Shown piece by piece: positions 31,042 through 41,056 of a stretch of DNA of 64,000 bases. Source of the DNA: Thermoanaerobaculia bacterium (GTDB taxonomy: Bacteria > Acidobacteriota > Thermoanaerobaculia > Multivoradales > UBA5704); the NCBI GenBank assembly GCA_044226625.1, contig JBGAGQ010000013.1, positions 53,288-117,287 of the forward strand, written 5' to 3'. The position numbers and the translations under genes were made by a program. How positions within the stretch are numbered: position 1 is the first letter of the stretch; every line of letters starts with the position of its first letter. The notes beneath the pieces were generated by a model. The model made no database searches. It saw only the letters and a program-made list of their open reading frames with translations, and was not told where the DNA came from.

Positions 31042-31108
31042 GACCATCTCCTCGAAGCAATTCACGATGGCAAGGTTTTTTGCGATCGCTTGCTGAACCC
31101 CGGACATC

Positions 31109-31123
31109 GCAAGCGGGATGCCA
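31109..31123 (-). promoter_or_regulatory. Sigma54 -24/-12 promoter of paralog A
   Basis: Minus strand TGGCATCCCGCTTGC, exact GG-N10-GC spacing. Confidence 0.8.
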
Positions 31124-31197
31124 CGGGGCACAAGGTCGAGAAAAGGGGGATTCCCCCGGGAAATGCACCGCGATAGGGCGTAACATCGCGTTCGGTC

Positions 31198-31250
31198 GTA
31201 CGGAAATCGGACCTCCGGTCTGGAGACCGGACAGATTCCGGACGCCGGCG
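31198..31250. promoter_or_regulatory. Candidate activator sites (UAS), GTCCG-N5-CGGAC-like
   Basis: GTACGGAAATCGGAC (31198), GTCTGGAGACCGGAC (31218) and a weaker TTCCGGACGCCGGCG (31236). Confidence 0.65.
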
Positions 31251-31376
31251 GGTTTCTGCTATCCAGAATCGACGATAGTGCTATCCTGATGGATGTCGTC
31301 AGCCGAATGACAATGCAGGGCGGGCCCTCGAAGGACCCTGCAGACGTCTCGCCCAAAAGAGGCGGATGGAGTTCGA

Positions 31377-32750
31377 ATGTCCCTTCCCAAGATCCTCATC
31401 GTCGACGATGAACCGGCGGTCCGCGTCGGCACGCGGATCTACCTCGAGGAGCATGGCTACCAGGCGCTCGAGGCTTCCACGATCGTCCAGGCTCGGATGC
31501 TGTTTCAGCGCGAGCGCCCGGATGCCGTGATCCTCGACTACTCGCTGCCCGACGGCACGACGCTCGGCATCCTGGACGAGATGCATTCGATCGATCCCCA
31601 CCTGCCCATCGTCATTCTGACCGGGCATGGGACGATTGACCTGGCAGTTCGGGCGATCAAGGACGGCGCGGAAAACTTCTTGACCAAGCCGGTCGAGCTG
31701 CCCGTGCTTCGAGTCATTTTGGAGAGAGCGCTCGAGAATCAACGGGCGCGCAGACGCCAAGTGGCTCAGACGGCGAACCGGCGCCGTAGCGGCTTTGATC
31801 CGTTCGTCGGAACGAGCAGCGCGATCCACCACTTCTCAGCCGAGGCGCAGTTCGCCCTCCGGTCCGACGGGCCGATCTTGATCCTCGGCGAGACTGGAAG
31901 CGGCAAAGGGGTACTGGCTCGCTGGTTTCACGAGGAGGGCGCTCGGCGTGACGAGTCGTTCGTCGACCTAAATTGCGCGGGTTTTTCCCGCGAGTTCCTC
32001 GAAAGCGAGCTGTTCGGCCACACCCGCGGCGCGTTTACTGGCGCGATTTCGGAAAAGAAGGGCCTTTTCGAGGTGGCGCACAAGGGGACGCTCTTCCTCG
32101 ACGAAGTCGGCGACTTCGATCTCGCCCTGCAGCCGAAGGTTTTGAAGGTGCTCGAGGAGAAACGCTTTCGGAAGATGGGCGAGGTCACCGACCGCGTCGC
32201 GGACGTGTTCCTGATCGCGGCGACCAACCACGACCTCCCGGTGCTCGTGCGGGAAGGTCGCTTCCGCAGCGACCTCTTCTTCCGCATCAGCACCTTCCCG
32301 ATCACCGTGCCGCCTTTGCGCGAGCGGGCCGAGGACATCCCGATGCTCGCCGACCAGCTGCTCAAGCAGCTACGCAGCGATCTGAGCCGTCCCTCTCTTC
32401 GCCTCACCCCCGCGGCCGTCGCCGCGCTCCGTGCCTACCGCTGGCCGGGCAACGTGAGAGAGCTGCGCAACGTTCTCGAACGCGCAGCGCTGCGCGCCGC
32501 CGACGGCGAGATCCAACCGAGCGATCTGAGCTTCGCCAACCTGCAGATGGATCCCACGACGGCGTCTCCCGCAGCGCGGGAGGGCGGAACTCTCGCCGAG
32601 ATCGAGCGGCGCGAGATCGAGCGCGCCCTCACCGAAGAGCAGGGGCGGGTCTCGGCCGCGGCGAAGCGTCTAGGACTCGCTCGAAGCACGCTCTACGACA
32701 AGCTCCGCGAACACGCGATCGATCTCGCGAAGTTCCAGAAGAAGCTTTGA
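31377..32750 (+). CDS. NtrC-family sigma54-dependent response regulator (REC-AAA+-HTH)
   Basis: GETGSGK, ESELFGH, intact GAFTGA, TLFLDEVG, WPGNVRELRN and a Fis-type HTH. Confidence 0.96.
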   Translation: MSLPKILIVDDEPAVRVGTRIYLEEHGYQALEASTIVQARMLFQRERPDAVILDYSLPDGTTLGILDEMHSIDPHLPIVILTGHGTIDLAVRAIKDGAENFLTKPVELPVLRVILERALENQRARRRQVAQTANRRRSGFDPFVGTSSAIHHFSAEAQFALRSDGPILILGETGSGKGVLARWFHEEGARRDESFVDLNCAGFSREFLESELFGHTRGAFTGAISEKKGLFEVAHKGTLFLDEVGDFDLALQPKVLKVLEEKRFRKMGEVTDRVADVFLIAATNHDLPVLVREGRFRSDLFFRISTFPITVPPLRERAEDIPMLADQLLKQLRSDLSRPSLRLTPAAVAALRAYRWPGNVRELRNVLERAALRAADGEIQPSDLSFANLQMDPTTASPAAREGGTLAEIERREIERALTEEQGRVSAAAKRLGLARSTLYDKLREHAIDLAKFQKKL

Positions 32751-32761
32751 GGCGCCGCGAG

Positions 32762-33850
32762 TCAGGAAGAGATCAGCCGGTTTTGCCCCCGCACCTCGAC
32801 GATCTCCGGCATCCGCGCCAAGAAGACGTCGAGCAAGTCGGGATCGAACTGGGTGCCACGCCCCTCCTCCATGATCCGCGCGGCTTCGCCGTCCGAGAGC
32901 GCCGGCCGGTACGGGCGATCGGAGGTGAGCGCGTCGAATACGTCGACGAGGGCGCAGAGGCGTCCGCCGAGGGGGATGCCCCTTCCGGCCAGACCGCGCG
33001 GATAGCCTGTGCCGTCCCAGCGCTCGTGATGGCTGAGAGCAATCACCTCGCCGGCTTGGAGTAGCTCGGACGACGAATCGGAGAGGATCTGGGCGCCGAT
33101 CACCGTATGGCGGTTCATGATCTCGCGTTCCGCCGGCGTCAAGGGGCCCTCCTTGAGCAGGATCGCGTCCGGGATGCCGAGCTTTCCCACGTCGTGCATG
33201 GGGATGGCATGGCGTAGGACGTCGATCTCGCGATCGGGAAGGTCTAGGGCACGCGCGAGGATCACGGCGTATTGGCTGAGCCTTTGGATGTGCTCGCCCG
33301 TGTAGCGATCTTTGTATTCCGCGGCGACCACCAGGCGACGGATCGTGTCGAGATGGGCGGCGTGCGTGTTGCGTTGTGCCTCGGCGGCCTCGGCGAGCGC
33401 CCGGCTGAGCGCCTCCGTCCTCAGGGCGACCTGACGCTCGAGATTGGCGCGCGCCGCCTTGAGCTCGTCGGAGGTCGCCTTGAGTCGAAGTTGAGACGCG
33501 AGTCTCACGGTGAGCTCGACCGCGTCGATCGGCTTGGCGATGAAATCGTTGACTCCCGTGGCGACGGCGCGAAGCCGATCCTCCCGGCTGTCGAGCGCGG
33601 TCACCAGGATGACGGGCAGCTCGAAGGGATCGACTCGCTCCCGAATGCGCCGGGTGACTTCGAAACCGTCGATGCCAGGCATCAAGACATCGAGGAGGAT
33701 CAGGTCGACGTCGAACGCCACCTCCAGCGCCTCGTTGCCGTCGCACGCCGTGGCGGTCGAGTAACCGAGCGACTGAACGATTTCCTCCATCAGCCGGCGA
33801 TTTTGCTCGCTGTCGTCGACGATCAGGATCTTGGATTCGGGATCCGGCAC
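32762..33850 (-). CDS. REC-HD-GYP cyclic-dinucleotide phosphodiesterase (RpfG-like)
   Basis: Receiver DVLMPGIDG, HDVGK, HHERWDGTGYP and DALTSDRPY. Confidence 0.93.
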   Translation of the reverse strand: MPDPESKILIVDDSEQNRRLMEEIVQSLGYSTATACDGNEALEVAFDVDLILLDVLMPGIDGFEVTRRIRERVDPFELPVILVTALDSREDRLRAVATGVNDFIAKPIDAVELTVRLASQLRLKATSDELKAARANLERQVALRTEALSRALAEAAEAQRNTHAAHLDTIRRLVVAAEYKDRYTGEHIQRLSQYAVILARALDLPDREIDVLRHAIPMHDVGKLGIPDAILLKEGPLTPAEREIMNRHTVIGAQILSDSSSELLQAGEVIALSHHERWDGTGYPRGLAGRGIPLGGRLCALVDVFDALTSDRPYRPALSDGEAARIMEEGRGTQFDPDLLDVFLARMPEIVEVRGQNRLISS

Positions 33851-33922
33851 CGCTCGACTCTAATGCCTAACGTACGTGACCACGACGATCTCGACGCAAA
33901 TTCGAGGTTGCGGTGGGCTCGC

Positions 33923-33960
33923 TTGTCCGAGGCTCGGACAAAGTCGTCCAGGTTTCGGAC
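33923..33960. promoter_or_regulatory. Candidate activator sites (UAS)
   Basis: Perfect palindrome TTGTCCGAGGCTCGGACAA (33923-33941) and GTCCAGGTTTCGGAC (33946), 21 bp apart. Confidence 0.7.
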
Positions 33961-34014
33961 AACGCATCGTGCCGAAGCCGTATGTTTTTCTCCGAAGACG
34001 CCGAGGAGCCGTCG

Positions 34015-34029
34015 CGGCATGCTTCTTGC
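34015..34029 (+). promoter_or_regulatory. Sigma54 -24/-12 promoter of the kinase operon
   Basis: CGGCATGCTTCTTGC, GG-N10-GC, ending 42 bp before ATG 34072. Confidence 0.75.
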
Positions 34030-34071
34030 CTTCGACGAAGTCTTTGTTCCTCTGCCGCAAGAGGGCCGATC

Positions 34072-35175
34072 ATGAACTTCGACTTGCCGACGTCGACCTC
34101 GACGGAGCTCGGGCGTGAAAGGGTTTTGATCGCGCTCGGCTCCGGCTTGGCGCATGAGATCAACAACCTCCTTTCGGCCATCATCATGTTGGTCGACCTA
34201 TGGTCCGGCAGGAATTCCTCCGATCGAGACCGCGAGCTGTTGGGAATGGTGGGCGAATCGGCTCGCAAGGGGGTCGCCCTCGTTCGCCAGCTGCACGGGC
34301 TGGCGCGCGCGACCGGGGGCGTATCGACGCCTTTCCAAGCGCGCCACCTGCTGGTGGACGTAGCGCGTTTCGCCGAGGCGGCGTTCGCTCCCCCGATCAG
34401 CGTCGAAGTGGATTTCTCCCCGGACCTCCGGCTGCTCGAGGCCGATCCGATCCCGGTCTACATTGCGTTGCTCGAGCTCTGTCAGATCTCACGCCGGCGC
34501 CTGCCGGCCGGAGGCGTGGTGGCCCTCGCCGTCCGCAACGTCGAGGTCGACGGGTTGGCGGCGGCCATGCGGTCCGGTCTCCTGCAAGGCGCCTATCTCG
34601 CGATCGAGCTGACGGTCGCCGCCGGCTCGGCGAAGGTCTCGGAGGAGGAACGGGCAACGGTCGCCGCATTGGGAGACTTCGCCGAGATCATCGCCGGTGA
34701 AGAATTGGACGAGACCCTCCGCGTCTACTTTCGCGCCGATCGCGAACCGGTCGGGTCGATCGAGCCGGCTCGTTCCGCGATCGCGCGGGTAGGGCACGGC
34801 GAGTTGATTCTGATCGCCGAGCCGTCCGCGATCGTCGGGGACGCGATGGCCCGAGCTCTCGAGGGGCACTCCTATGAAACGCTGATCGCTCGCGACGGCG
34901 CCGAGGCCCTCGCCCTGTTCGCCCGGCATTCCCCCACGGTCGCCCTCGTGATCGTCGGGTCCGGACTGCGCTTCCTCGACGGTCCGGATTGGGTCCTCGC
35001 CGCGCGGCATCTCAAGGAGAACGTGCCGGCGCTGCTCCTTCACGGCGAGGAGGCTTTGCCCGGGGCGGCCGAGCTCGCGCCGAAGGCGCGACTCCTCAAG
35101 AAACCCTTTTCGCTCGCCGACCTGCTCACCGCCGTTTCCGCGAGTCTCGCCTCGGCGAAAACGTTCGGTTCCTAG
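34072..35175 (+). CDS. Degenerate hybrid histidine kinase (H-box kept, ATPase and receiver decayed)
   Basis: GLAHEINNLL H-box, no N/G1/G2 boxes, receiver lacking acidic residues (LIAEPS, VIVGSG). Confidence 0.75.
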   Translation: MNFDLPTSTSTELGRERVLIALGSGLAHEINNLLSAIIMLVDLWSGRNSSDRDRELLGMVGESARKGVALVRQLHGLARATGGVSTPFQARHLLVDVARFAEAAFAPPISVEVDFSPDLRLLEADPIPVYIALLELCQISRRRLPAGGVVALAVRNVEVDGLAAAMRSGLLQGAYLAIELTVAAGSAKVSEEERATVAALGDFAEIIAGEELDETLRVYFRADREPVGSIEPARSAIARVGHGELILIAEPSAIVGDAMARALEGHSYETLIARDGAEALALFARHSPTVALVIVGSGLRFLDGPDWVLAARHLKENVPALLLHGEEALPGAAELAPKARLLKKPFSLADLLTAVSASLASAKTFGS

Positions 35176-35186
35176 GAGTGCGCGCA

Positions 35187-37118
35187 ATGCCCATCGAAGA
35201 GCGACAGCCGCAGGAAGCCTTTCTCGAAGCCCGGTTCAGCGACCTGTTGGAAGCCGCACCCGACGCGATCGTCATCGTGGGGGCGGACGGTAGGATCGTT
35301 CTGGTCAACGCCCAGGCCGAGACGCTGTTCGGTTATACCCGGAGCGAGTTGATCGGAGGGTCGCCGGACCTGCTGGTTCCTCGGCGTTTGCGCGACCGGC
35401 ATACGCGTCATCGGGCCGCCTATGCGAGAGAACCGAAGCTGCGGCCCATGGGCGCTGGAATGGATCTCTTCGGACTGCGCAAGGACGGTTCGGAGTTTCC
35501 GGTCGAGATCAGCCTCAGCCCGCTCGAAACTGACGAGGGTCTCCTGGTTTTTACCGCGATCCGCGACATCACGGAGCAACGGAATCTCCAGAGGGAATTG
35601 AGCGAGCAGTATCTCAGCCTCCAAACGGCAAACCGTCTGAAGAGCGAGTTCCTCGCGAACATGTCCCACGAGCTCCGCACGCCGCTCAACGCCATCATCG
35701 GCTTCAGCGAGCTGCTGCACGATGCTCGGGTCGGTCCGGTGACGACCGAACAGAGGGAATTCCTGGGAGACATCCTGGCGAGCTCGCGGCACCTTCTACA
35801 GCTGATCAACGACATTCTCGATCTCGCAAAGGTCGAGTCCGGTAGGATCGAGCTTGTTCCGGAGCCGATCGACCTGGGGCCGTTGATCGGCGAAGTGCGC
35901 GACATTCTGAGGACGATGGCCGCGCAGCGCAGGATTCGGATCGAGGTGCATGTAGCCCCGACTCTCACCGGCGTCGTCGCCGATGCCGCGAAGCTCAAAC
36001 AGGTGCTTTACAACTACCTGTCGAATGCTCTCAAGTTCTCTCCTGAGGGGGGCGTCATCGAGGTGCGGGTCCTGCCGGAAGGGACCGAGGAATTGCGGAT
36101 CGAAGTCGAAGACCGGGGAATCGGCATCCAACCGAAAGACATCGACCGGCTCTTCGTCGAGTTCCAGCAGCTGGACGCGAGCACCGCCAAGAAGTTCCAG
36201 GGCACCGGGTTGGGTCTCGCTCTCACTCGCCGCGTCGTCGAAGCGCAGGGCGGCCGGGTCGGAGTCGAGAGCACGCCCGGCGTGGGCAGCGTTTTCTACG
36301 CGGTATTGCCTCGGGTTTCGCCAGGGTCGGCGGATTACCGAGTCGAACCGCCGCCGGTCCAGGACGAAACGAGCTCGCGCCGGTTGTTGGTGATCGAGGA
36401 CGACGAAAACGACCGCGGCTGGCTGGTCCGCACGCTGGCCGACGCCGGGTACTCGGTGGACTCCGCGAGCGACGGTGCCGAAGCACTCCTTCGGTGTTGC
36501 GAGAGGGCCTACGACGCGATCACTCTCGACCTCATGCTCCCCGACATTCCGGGACGAAACGTGCTCCGTGCCGTCCGCGGCGGCGGGCTCAACCGAGGAA
36601 CCCCTGTCATCGTCGTCAGCGTGGTCGCTGAGCAGGGGATCGGACTCAGCTTTCCCGTCCACGACGTGTTCGAAAAGCCCGTACAGGCCGAGGAATTGTT
36701 GGCCTCGTTGAGCCGCGCAGCCGTCAAGCCTGAGGTGCGCCGGCCGGTGCTGGTCGTGGACGACGACGAAACGACTTTGAAGCTTGTCCAAGCGAAGCTC
36801 CTCCAGGAAGGGTACCGTCCGGTCTGCTGCTCGACCGGGCCCGCGGCGCTGAAGGCGGCCGCGGCCGAAATGCCGGCCGCTGTCGTGCTGGACATCGTGC
36901 TACCCGGTATGAGCGGATTCGAGTTCCTGCGGATCTTTCGCTCGACTCCCGAAGGGCGCCATACCCCCGTGATCGTCTGGACGGTCAAGGACCTGGTTCC
37001 TGCCGAACGCGAAGCGCTTCGCGCCTCGACTCGCGTCGTGCTCTCGAAAGGCGACGGTCTGGCGAGCTTGATCCAGGAGATCGAGAGTCTTTTCACGGAA
37101 CCCAAGGTGACATCGTAG
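35187..37118 (+). CDS. PAS-HK-REC-REC hybrid histidine kinase
   Basis: PAS (RKDGSEFPVEISLS), MSHELRTPL, NALKF, GTGLGL and two receivers. AGGAG RBS. Confidence 0.93.
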   Translation: MPIEERQPQEAFLEARFSDLLEAAPDAIVIVGADGRIVLVNAQAETLFGYTRSELIGGSPDLLVPRRLRDRHTRHRAAYAREPKLRPMGAGMDLFGLRKDGSEFPVEISLSPLETDEGLLVFTAIRDITEQRNLQRELSEQYLSLQTANRLKSEFLANMSHELRTPLNAIIGFSELLHDARVGPVTTEQREFLGDILASSRHLLQLINDILDLAKVESGRIELVPEPIDLGPLIGEVRDILRTMAAQRRIRIEVHVAPTLTGVVADAAKLKQVLYNYLSNALKFSPEGGVIEVRVLPEGTEELRIEVEDRGIGIQPKDIDRLFVEFQQLDASTAKKFQGTGLGLALTRRVVEAQGGRVGVESTPGVGSVFYAVLPRVSPGSADYRVEPPPVQDETSSRRLLVIEDDENDRGWLVRTLADAGYSVDSASDGAEALLRCCERAYDAITLDLMLPDIPGRNVLRAVRGGGLNRGTPVIVVSVVAEQGIGLSFPVHDVFEKPVQAEELLASLSRAAVKPEVRRPVLVVDDDETTLKLVQAKLLQEGYRPVCCSTGPAALKAAAAEMPAAVVLDIVLPGMSGFEFLRIFRSTPEGRHTPVIVWTVKDLVPAEREALRASTRVVLSKGDGLASLIQEIESLFTEPKVTS

Positions 37119-37127
37119 GGAGGACCC

Positions 37128-37508
37128 ATGGCCGGTGAATCGATCCTGATCGTCGACGACAACCTGGTGAACCTCAAGCTGGCGCGCGTTCTCCTCTCCT
37201 CGCACGGTTACGAAGTCCATACCGCGACGAACGCCGAGGACACCTTGGCGTTACTGCGGGCGAGCCGTCCGAAGATGATCGTCATGGACGTTCAACTGCC
37301 TGGGATGGATGGTCTGGAATTGACCCGCCGCCTAAAAGCCGATCCCTCTCTGAAGAGCGTGATCATCCTCGCCGTGACGGCCTACGCGATGAAAGGCGAC
37401 GAGGAAAAGGCCCGCGCCGCGGGCTGCGACGGATACGTCTCGAAGCCGCTCGACACCCGCCGCTTTCCAGTTGAGGTCGCGAGACTTCTTGGAACCACGG
37501 CGGAATGA
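37128..37508 (+). CDS. Single-domain response regulator (DivK-like)
   Basis: ILIVDDN, MDVQLPGMDG and AVTAYAMKGDEEKARAAGCDGYVSKP. Confidence 0.92.
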   Translation: MAGESILIVDDNLVNLKLARVLLSSHGYEVHTATNAEDTLALLRASRPKMIVMDVQLPGMDGLELTRRLKADPSLKSVIILAVTAYAMKGDEEKARAAGCDGYVSKPLDTRRFPVEVARLLGTTAE

Positions 37509-39871
37509 AGATCCTCGTCGTCGACGACCTCCCGGTCAATCGCAAGCTCCTGCGGATCACGCTCCGGGCCGGAGGGCACGAGCCGGTCGAAGCGGTCGAT
37601 GGTCTCGAGGCGCTCGAACGCCTTCGCCGTGAGGGTTTCGACGCGGTCATTACCGACGTTCTGATGCCGAGGATGGACGGGCATAGTCTTTGCCGAGAAA
37701 TCCGGCGTGATCCGGGCTTGATGCATCTTCCCGTGATCGTGACCAGCGCCACCTATCTCGCGGATTCCGATCAAGCTGTAGCCCTCGATTCCGGCGCGGA
37801 TGACTTCCTGCGTTTTCCCGCCGGTCCCGACCAGATTCTGGACGCGTTGCTCCGCGTCGTCCGCAAGCCGCGGTCAAACCCGGTCGGCCCACCGGTCAGC
37901 GACGCGATCAAGGAGTATAGCGAAGCCCTCGTTCGCGCGCTGGAGGCGAAGAACATCGAGCTCGAAGCGACCCGCTCGCGGCTGGCGGCCGCGAACGAGG
38001 CTCTGCACGAGTCCGAAGAGAGTTTTCGCCGGATTTTCCGGGTAAGCCCCGTCGCGGCGAGCCTTTCAGATGTCGAGACGGATCAGTTCGTGGACGTCAA
38101 CGAGCGGTTGAACGAGATGTTGGGCTATACGAGGGAGGAGCTCGTCGGCCGGACCTCGGTCGAGCTCGGCCTCTGGGTCGATCCCTCGGAGCGTGAAGAG
38201 ATGCTCTCGGCCGTCGTGGCCTCCGATTCCCTTCGCGACCGCGAGATTCGCCTTCGGACCAAGCTTGGGGAAATTCTTCATGCGTTGAAGTCGGTCGAGC
38301 TCGTAACCAGCGGCAGCAAACGGCTCCTGTTGTCGGCCTTTTACGACATCACGGAACGGCGTAAGGCTGAGGCGGCGCTGCGCGAAAGCGAAGCGCGCTA
38401 CCGGGCTCTTTTCGACCGCGGCCCCTTGCCGATGTGGATCTACGACTCGGATTCCTTGGCCTTTCTGGAAGTCAACGAGACCGCAATTCGAAGCTATGGC
38501 TACTCGAAAGAAGAGTTCTTGGCCATGACCCTCAGGGACATCCGTCCGCCGGAGGACATTCCGAAACTCCTCGCCGTCGTCCGCGGCTCTCCGAGGTCGG
38601 ACCACCCCGGGGTCTGGCGACACTGGAGGAAGGACGGTTCCGAGATCGAAGTCGAGGTCCACACCCACCAGATCGGCCTGACGACGAGCAACTTACGCAT
38701 CGCGGTCCTCCAAGACGTCACCGAGCAGAGGCGGCTCGAAAAGCAGCTGCGACATGCCCAGAAGATGGAGGCCGTAGGAACCTTGGTGAGTGGGATCGCA
38801 CACGATTTCAACAACCTCCTTACGCCGGTGCTCAGCTACTGCGACCTCCTAGAGGGCGAAATCGATGTTCAGTACCGAGATCAGATCCGAGAGATTCGGA
38901 AAGCGGGCGAGCGGGCTGCGACCATCACCCGGCAGCTCCTCGCATTCAGCAGGCAACAGGTACTGAGACCGGAGGTTCTCGACCTCAACGTCATCGTTCG
39001 CGAGATGGAGTCGATGCTCCGTCCCCTCCTGGGTGAAAACCTTGTGCTCCGAACGGTGCTGAGCCCCCGGCTTGGATACGTTGAAGCGGACCGCGGCCAG
39101 ATCGATCAAGTGCTCATGAACCTGGTGGTGAACGCGCGCGACGCAATGCCGTCCGGCGGGTATTTGACTATCGAGACTCGCGATGCCTCCATTGACGAAG
39201 TCTATGCGCAGCGAAGAGTCGGCATGCTGCCGGGTTCCTATGTGATGCTCTCCGTCACCGATACGGGCGTTGGAATGGACGAGGAGGTGAAGTCGCGGCT
39301 CTTCGAGCCGTTCTTCACGACCAAGGGTCCGGGGAAGGGGACGGGCCTCGGCCTCGCGACGCTCTACGGCATCGTCAAGCAGTCGAAGGGGCATGTCTGG
39401 GTCTACAGCGAGCTGGGCCACGGCTCGTCGTTCAAGGTGTACCTGCCGCGTTCGGGGGAGCCGATTCTCAAGACGGACTCCGTGCCCGTGATTGCGGTGC
39501 CCCCGACGTTGATTGGAGAAGAGACTATTCTGGTCGTAGAAGACGACGACGCAGTCCGCCTTGCCACCCAGATTGCGCTCGAGCGCTACGGCTATTCGGT
39601 CCTGGTCACCCGAGGCGGTGAGGAAGCCCTTGAGGTGGCAAGTCTTCATCAGGGAACAATCCACGCCATGGTGAGCGATGTGCTGATGTCGGGAATCAAC
39701 GGGCCGGAGCTCGCGGTCCGCATCGAGAATCTTCTCCCTGGAATCCGAGTAGTCCTGATGTCCGGCTACTCGGAACACACCCTAAGGTTGACGGGCGATT
39801 GGAGCATCCTCGAAAAGCCCTTCACGGCCGAGGCGTTGGCTCGAAAACTGCGGCAAGCTCTGGACGCTTAG
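37505..39871 (+). CDS. REC-PAS-PAS-HK-REC hybrid kinase (CckA-like core)
   Basis: AQKMEAVG...[17 protein letters not shown] and [18 protein letters not shown]. Confidence 0.93.
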   Translation: MKILVVDDLPVNRKLLRITLRAGGHEPVEAVDGLEALERLRREGFDAVITDVLMPRMDGHSLCREIRRDPGLMHLPVIVTSATYLADSDQAVALDSGADDFLRFPAGPDQILDALLRVVRKPRSNPVGPPVSDAIKEYSEALVRALEAKNIELEATRSRLAAANEALHESEESFRRIFRVSPVAASLSDVETDQFVDVNERLNEMLGYTREELVGRTSVELGLWVDPSEREEMLSAVVASDSLRDREIRLRTKLGEILHALKSVELVTSGSKRLLLSAFYDITERRKAEAALRESEARYRALFDRGPLPMWIYDSDSLAFLEVNETAIRSYGYSKEEFLAMTLRDIRPPEDIPKLLAVVRGSPRSDHPGVWRHWRKDGSEIEVEVHTHQIGLTTSNLRIAVLQDVTEQRRLEKQLRHAQKMEAVGTLVSGIAHDFNNLLTPVLSYCDLLEGEIDVQYRDQIREIRKAGERAATITRQLLAFSRQQVLRPEVLDLNVIVREMESMLRPLLGENLVLRTVLSPRLGYVEADRGQIDQVLMNLVVNARDAMPSGGYLTIETRDASIDEVYAQRRVGMLPGSYVMLSVTDTGVGMDEEVKSRLFEPFFTTKGPGKGTGLGLATLYGIVKQSKGHVWVYSELGHGSSFKVYLPRSGEPILKTDSVPVIAVPPTLIGEETILVVEDDDAVRLATQIALERYGYSVLVTRGGEEALEVASLHQGTIHAMVSDVLMSGINGPELAVRIENLLPGIRVVLMSGYSEHTLRLTGDWSILEKPFTAEALARKLRQALDA

Positions 39872-41055
39872 CGAGGTCTCAACCGGATCAGAGGGTCGCT
39901 TCCGACGCTTTCGCCCTCGGCGGGTAAGCTGAAGCGGAAGGCGGCTCCGCGGTTGACTTCGGCGGTCGCCCAGACGTGGCCCCCGTGGCGCAAAACGATT
40001 CGGCGCACAAGGGAGAGACCGACACCAGTGCCCTCGAAATCGTCGGCGCGATGAAGGCGCTGGAACACGCCGAAAAGCGCATCTGCCTTCTGCTCATCGA
40101 AACCGACGCCATCGTCTCGAACGACGAAGACTAGGCGTTCACCCTCGTCGCAGCCGCTCACTTCGATCACGGCGCGCTCCTTCTTGGCGGTGAACTTCAA
40201 GGCGTTCGAGAGGAGATTTGCGAACACGTGTTTGAGCAGGGCTCGATCCGAGAAGGCATTCGGCAGCGGGCCCACGCGGATCTCGACGTACCGGCCAGAA
40301 TGCGAACCACGGAGTTCGGAGAGAACTTCTTGGACCAGATCCGTGACATCTACGGTCCGTTTGACGAGAGCCTGTTCGGTGGCCTGCGAGAAGCGGAAGA
40401 GGTCGTCGATCAGGCGGTTCATGCCTTCGGCCGCTCGGACCACCTCCTCTAGATAATCGCGACCGTCTTCGGGGAGGACCGTCGAGTGTCCTCGGATCAA
40501 CAGCCGTGTGAAGCCGATGACGGCTCCCAGCGGGCCGCGCAGCTCGTGAGCTACCGCGCGGGTAAAGGAGTCGAGTTCGCGATTCGCTGCTTCGAGTTCG
40601 TTCGCCCGCTCGTTCAGGCGGCGATGAAGCTCCTCGTTCTCCCGTCGAAGCTTCCGGATTGACAGGGCTCGCCCGAGCACCGGCAAGAGAGCGCTCAGTC
40701 GGAAGGGTTTCAGGATGAAGTCGAGCGCGCCAGCTTTCATCGCTTCGACGGCGTTCGAGATGGTACCCTCGCCGGTCATGATGATTCCGGCCAGGTCCGG
40801 GTCGGAGCGCTGAGCCGCCGCCAGGAGGGCGATACCGTCCATCTCCGGCATCGCCAGATCAGTCAGAAGGAGGTCGAATGCACCGGGCGTGAGGGTGTCG
40901 AGCGCCTCCTGCCCCGACGCGTAGCTCGCGGTCTCGAAGCCCTCGATCTCGAGCGCGTCGCACAGGGCCTTCCGGTGTGCCGCCTCGTCGTCGACGACGA
41001 GGAGCCGGACGATCGGTTTTCGGGAAGGGGAGCCGAAAGGGCCGCCGGCGGACAT
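39868..41055 (-). CDS. REC-HK protein
   Basis: Receiver DLAMPEMDG, AHELRGPL, NALKF and FEGTGVGL. ATG at 41055 just after the upstream stop. Confidence 0.9.
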   Translation of the reverse strand: MSAGGPFGSPSRKPIVRLLVVDDEAAHRKALCDALEIEGFETASYASGQEALDTLTPGAFDLLLTDLAMPEMDGIALLAAAQRSDPDLAGIIMTGEGTISNAVEAMKAGALDFILKPFRLSALLPVLGRALSIRKLRRENEELHRRLNERANELEAANRELDSFTRAVAHELRGPLGAVIGFTRLLIRGHSTVLPEDGRDYLEEVVRAAEGMNRLIDDLFRFSQATEQALVKRTVDVTDLVQEVLSELRGSHSGRYVEIRVGPLPNAFSDRALLKHVFANLLSNALKFTAKKERAVIEVSGCDEGERLVFVVRDDGVGFDEQKADALFGVFQRLHRADDFEGTGVGLSLVRRIVLRHGGHVWATAEVNRGAAFRFSLPAEGESVGSDPLIRLRPR

Positions 41056-41056
41056 T

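Noticed and set aside
34072-39871. True orthology to the Caulobacter CckA/ChpT/DivK cell-cycle circuit
   Set aside because: These kinase and receiver subfamilies are widespread and no CtrA is present; the names are used only as structural analogies.
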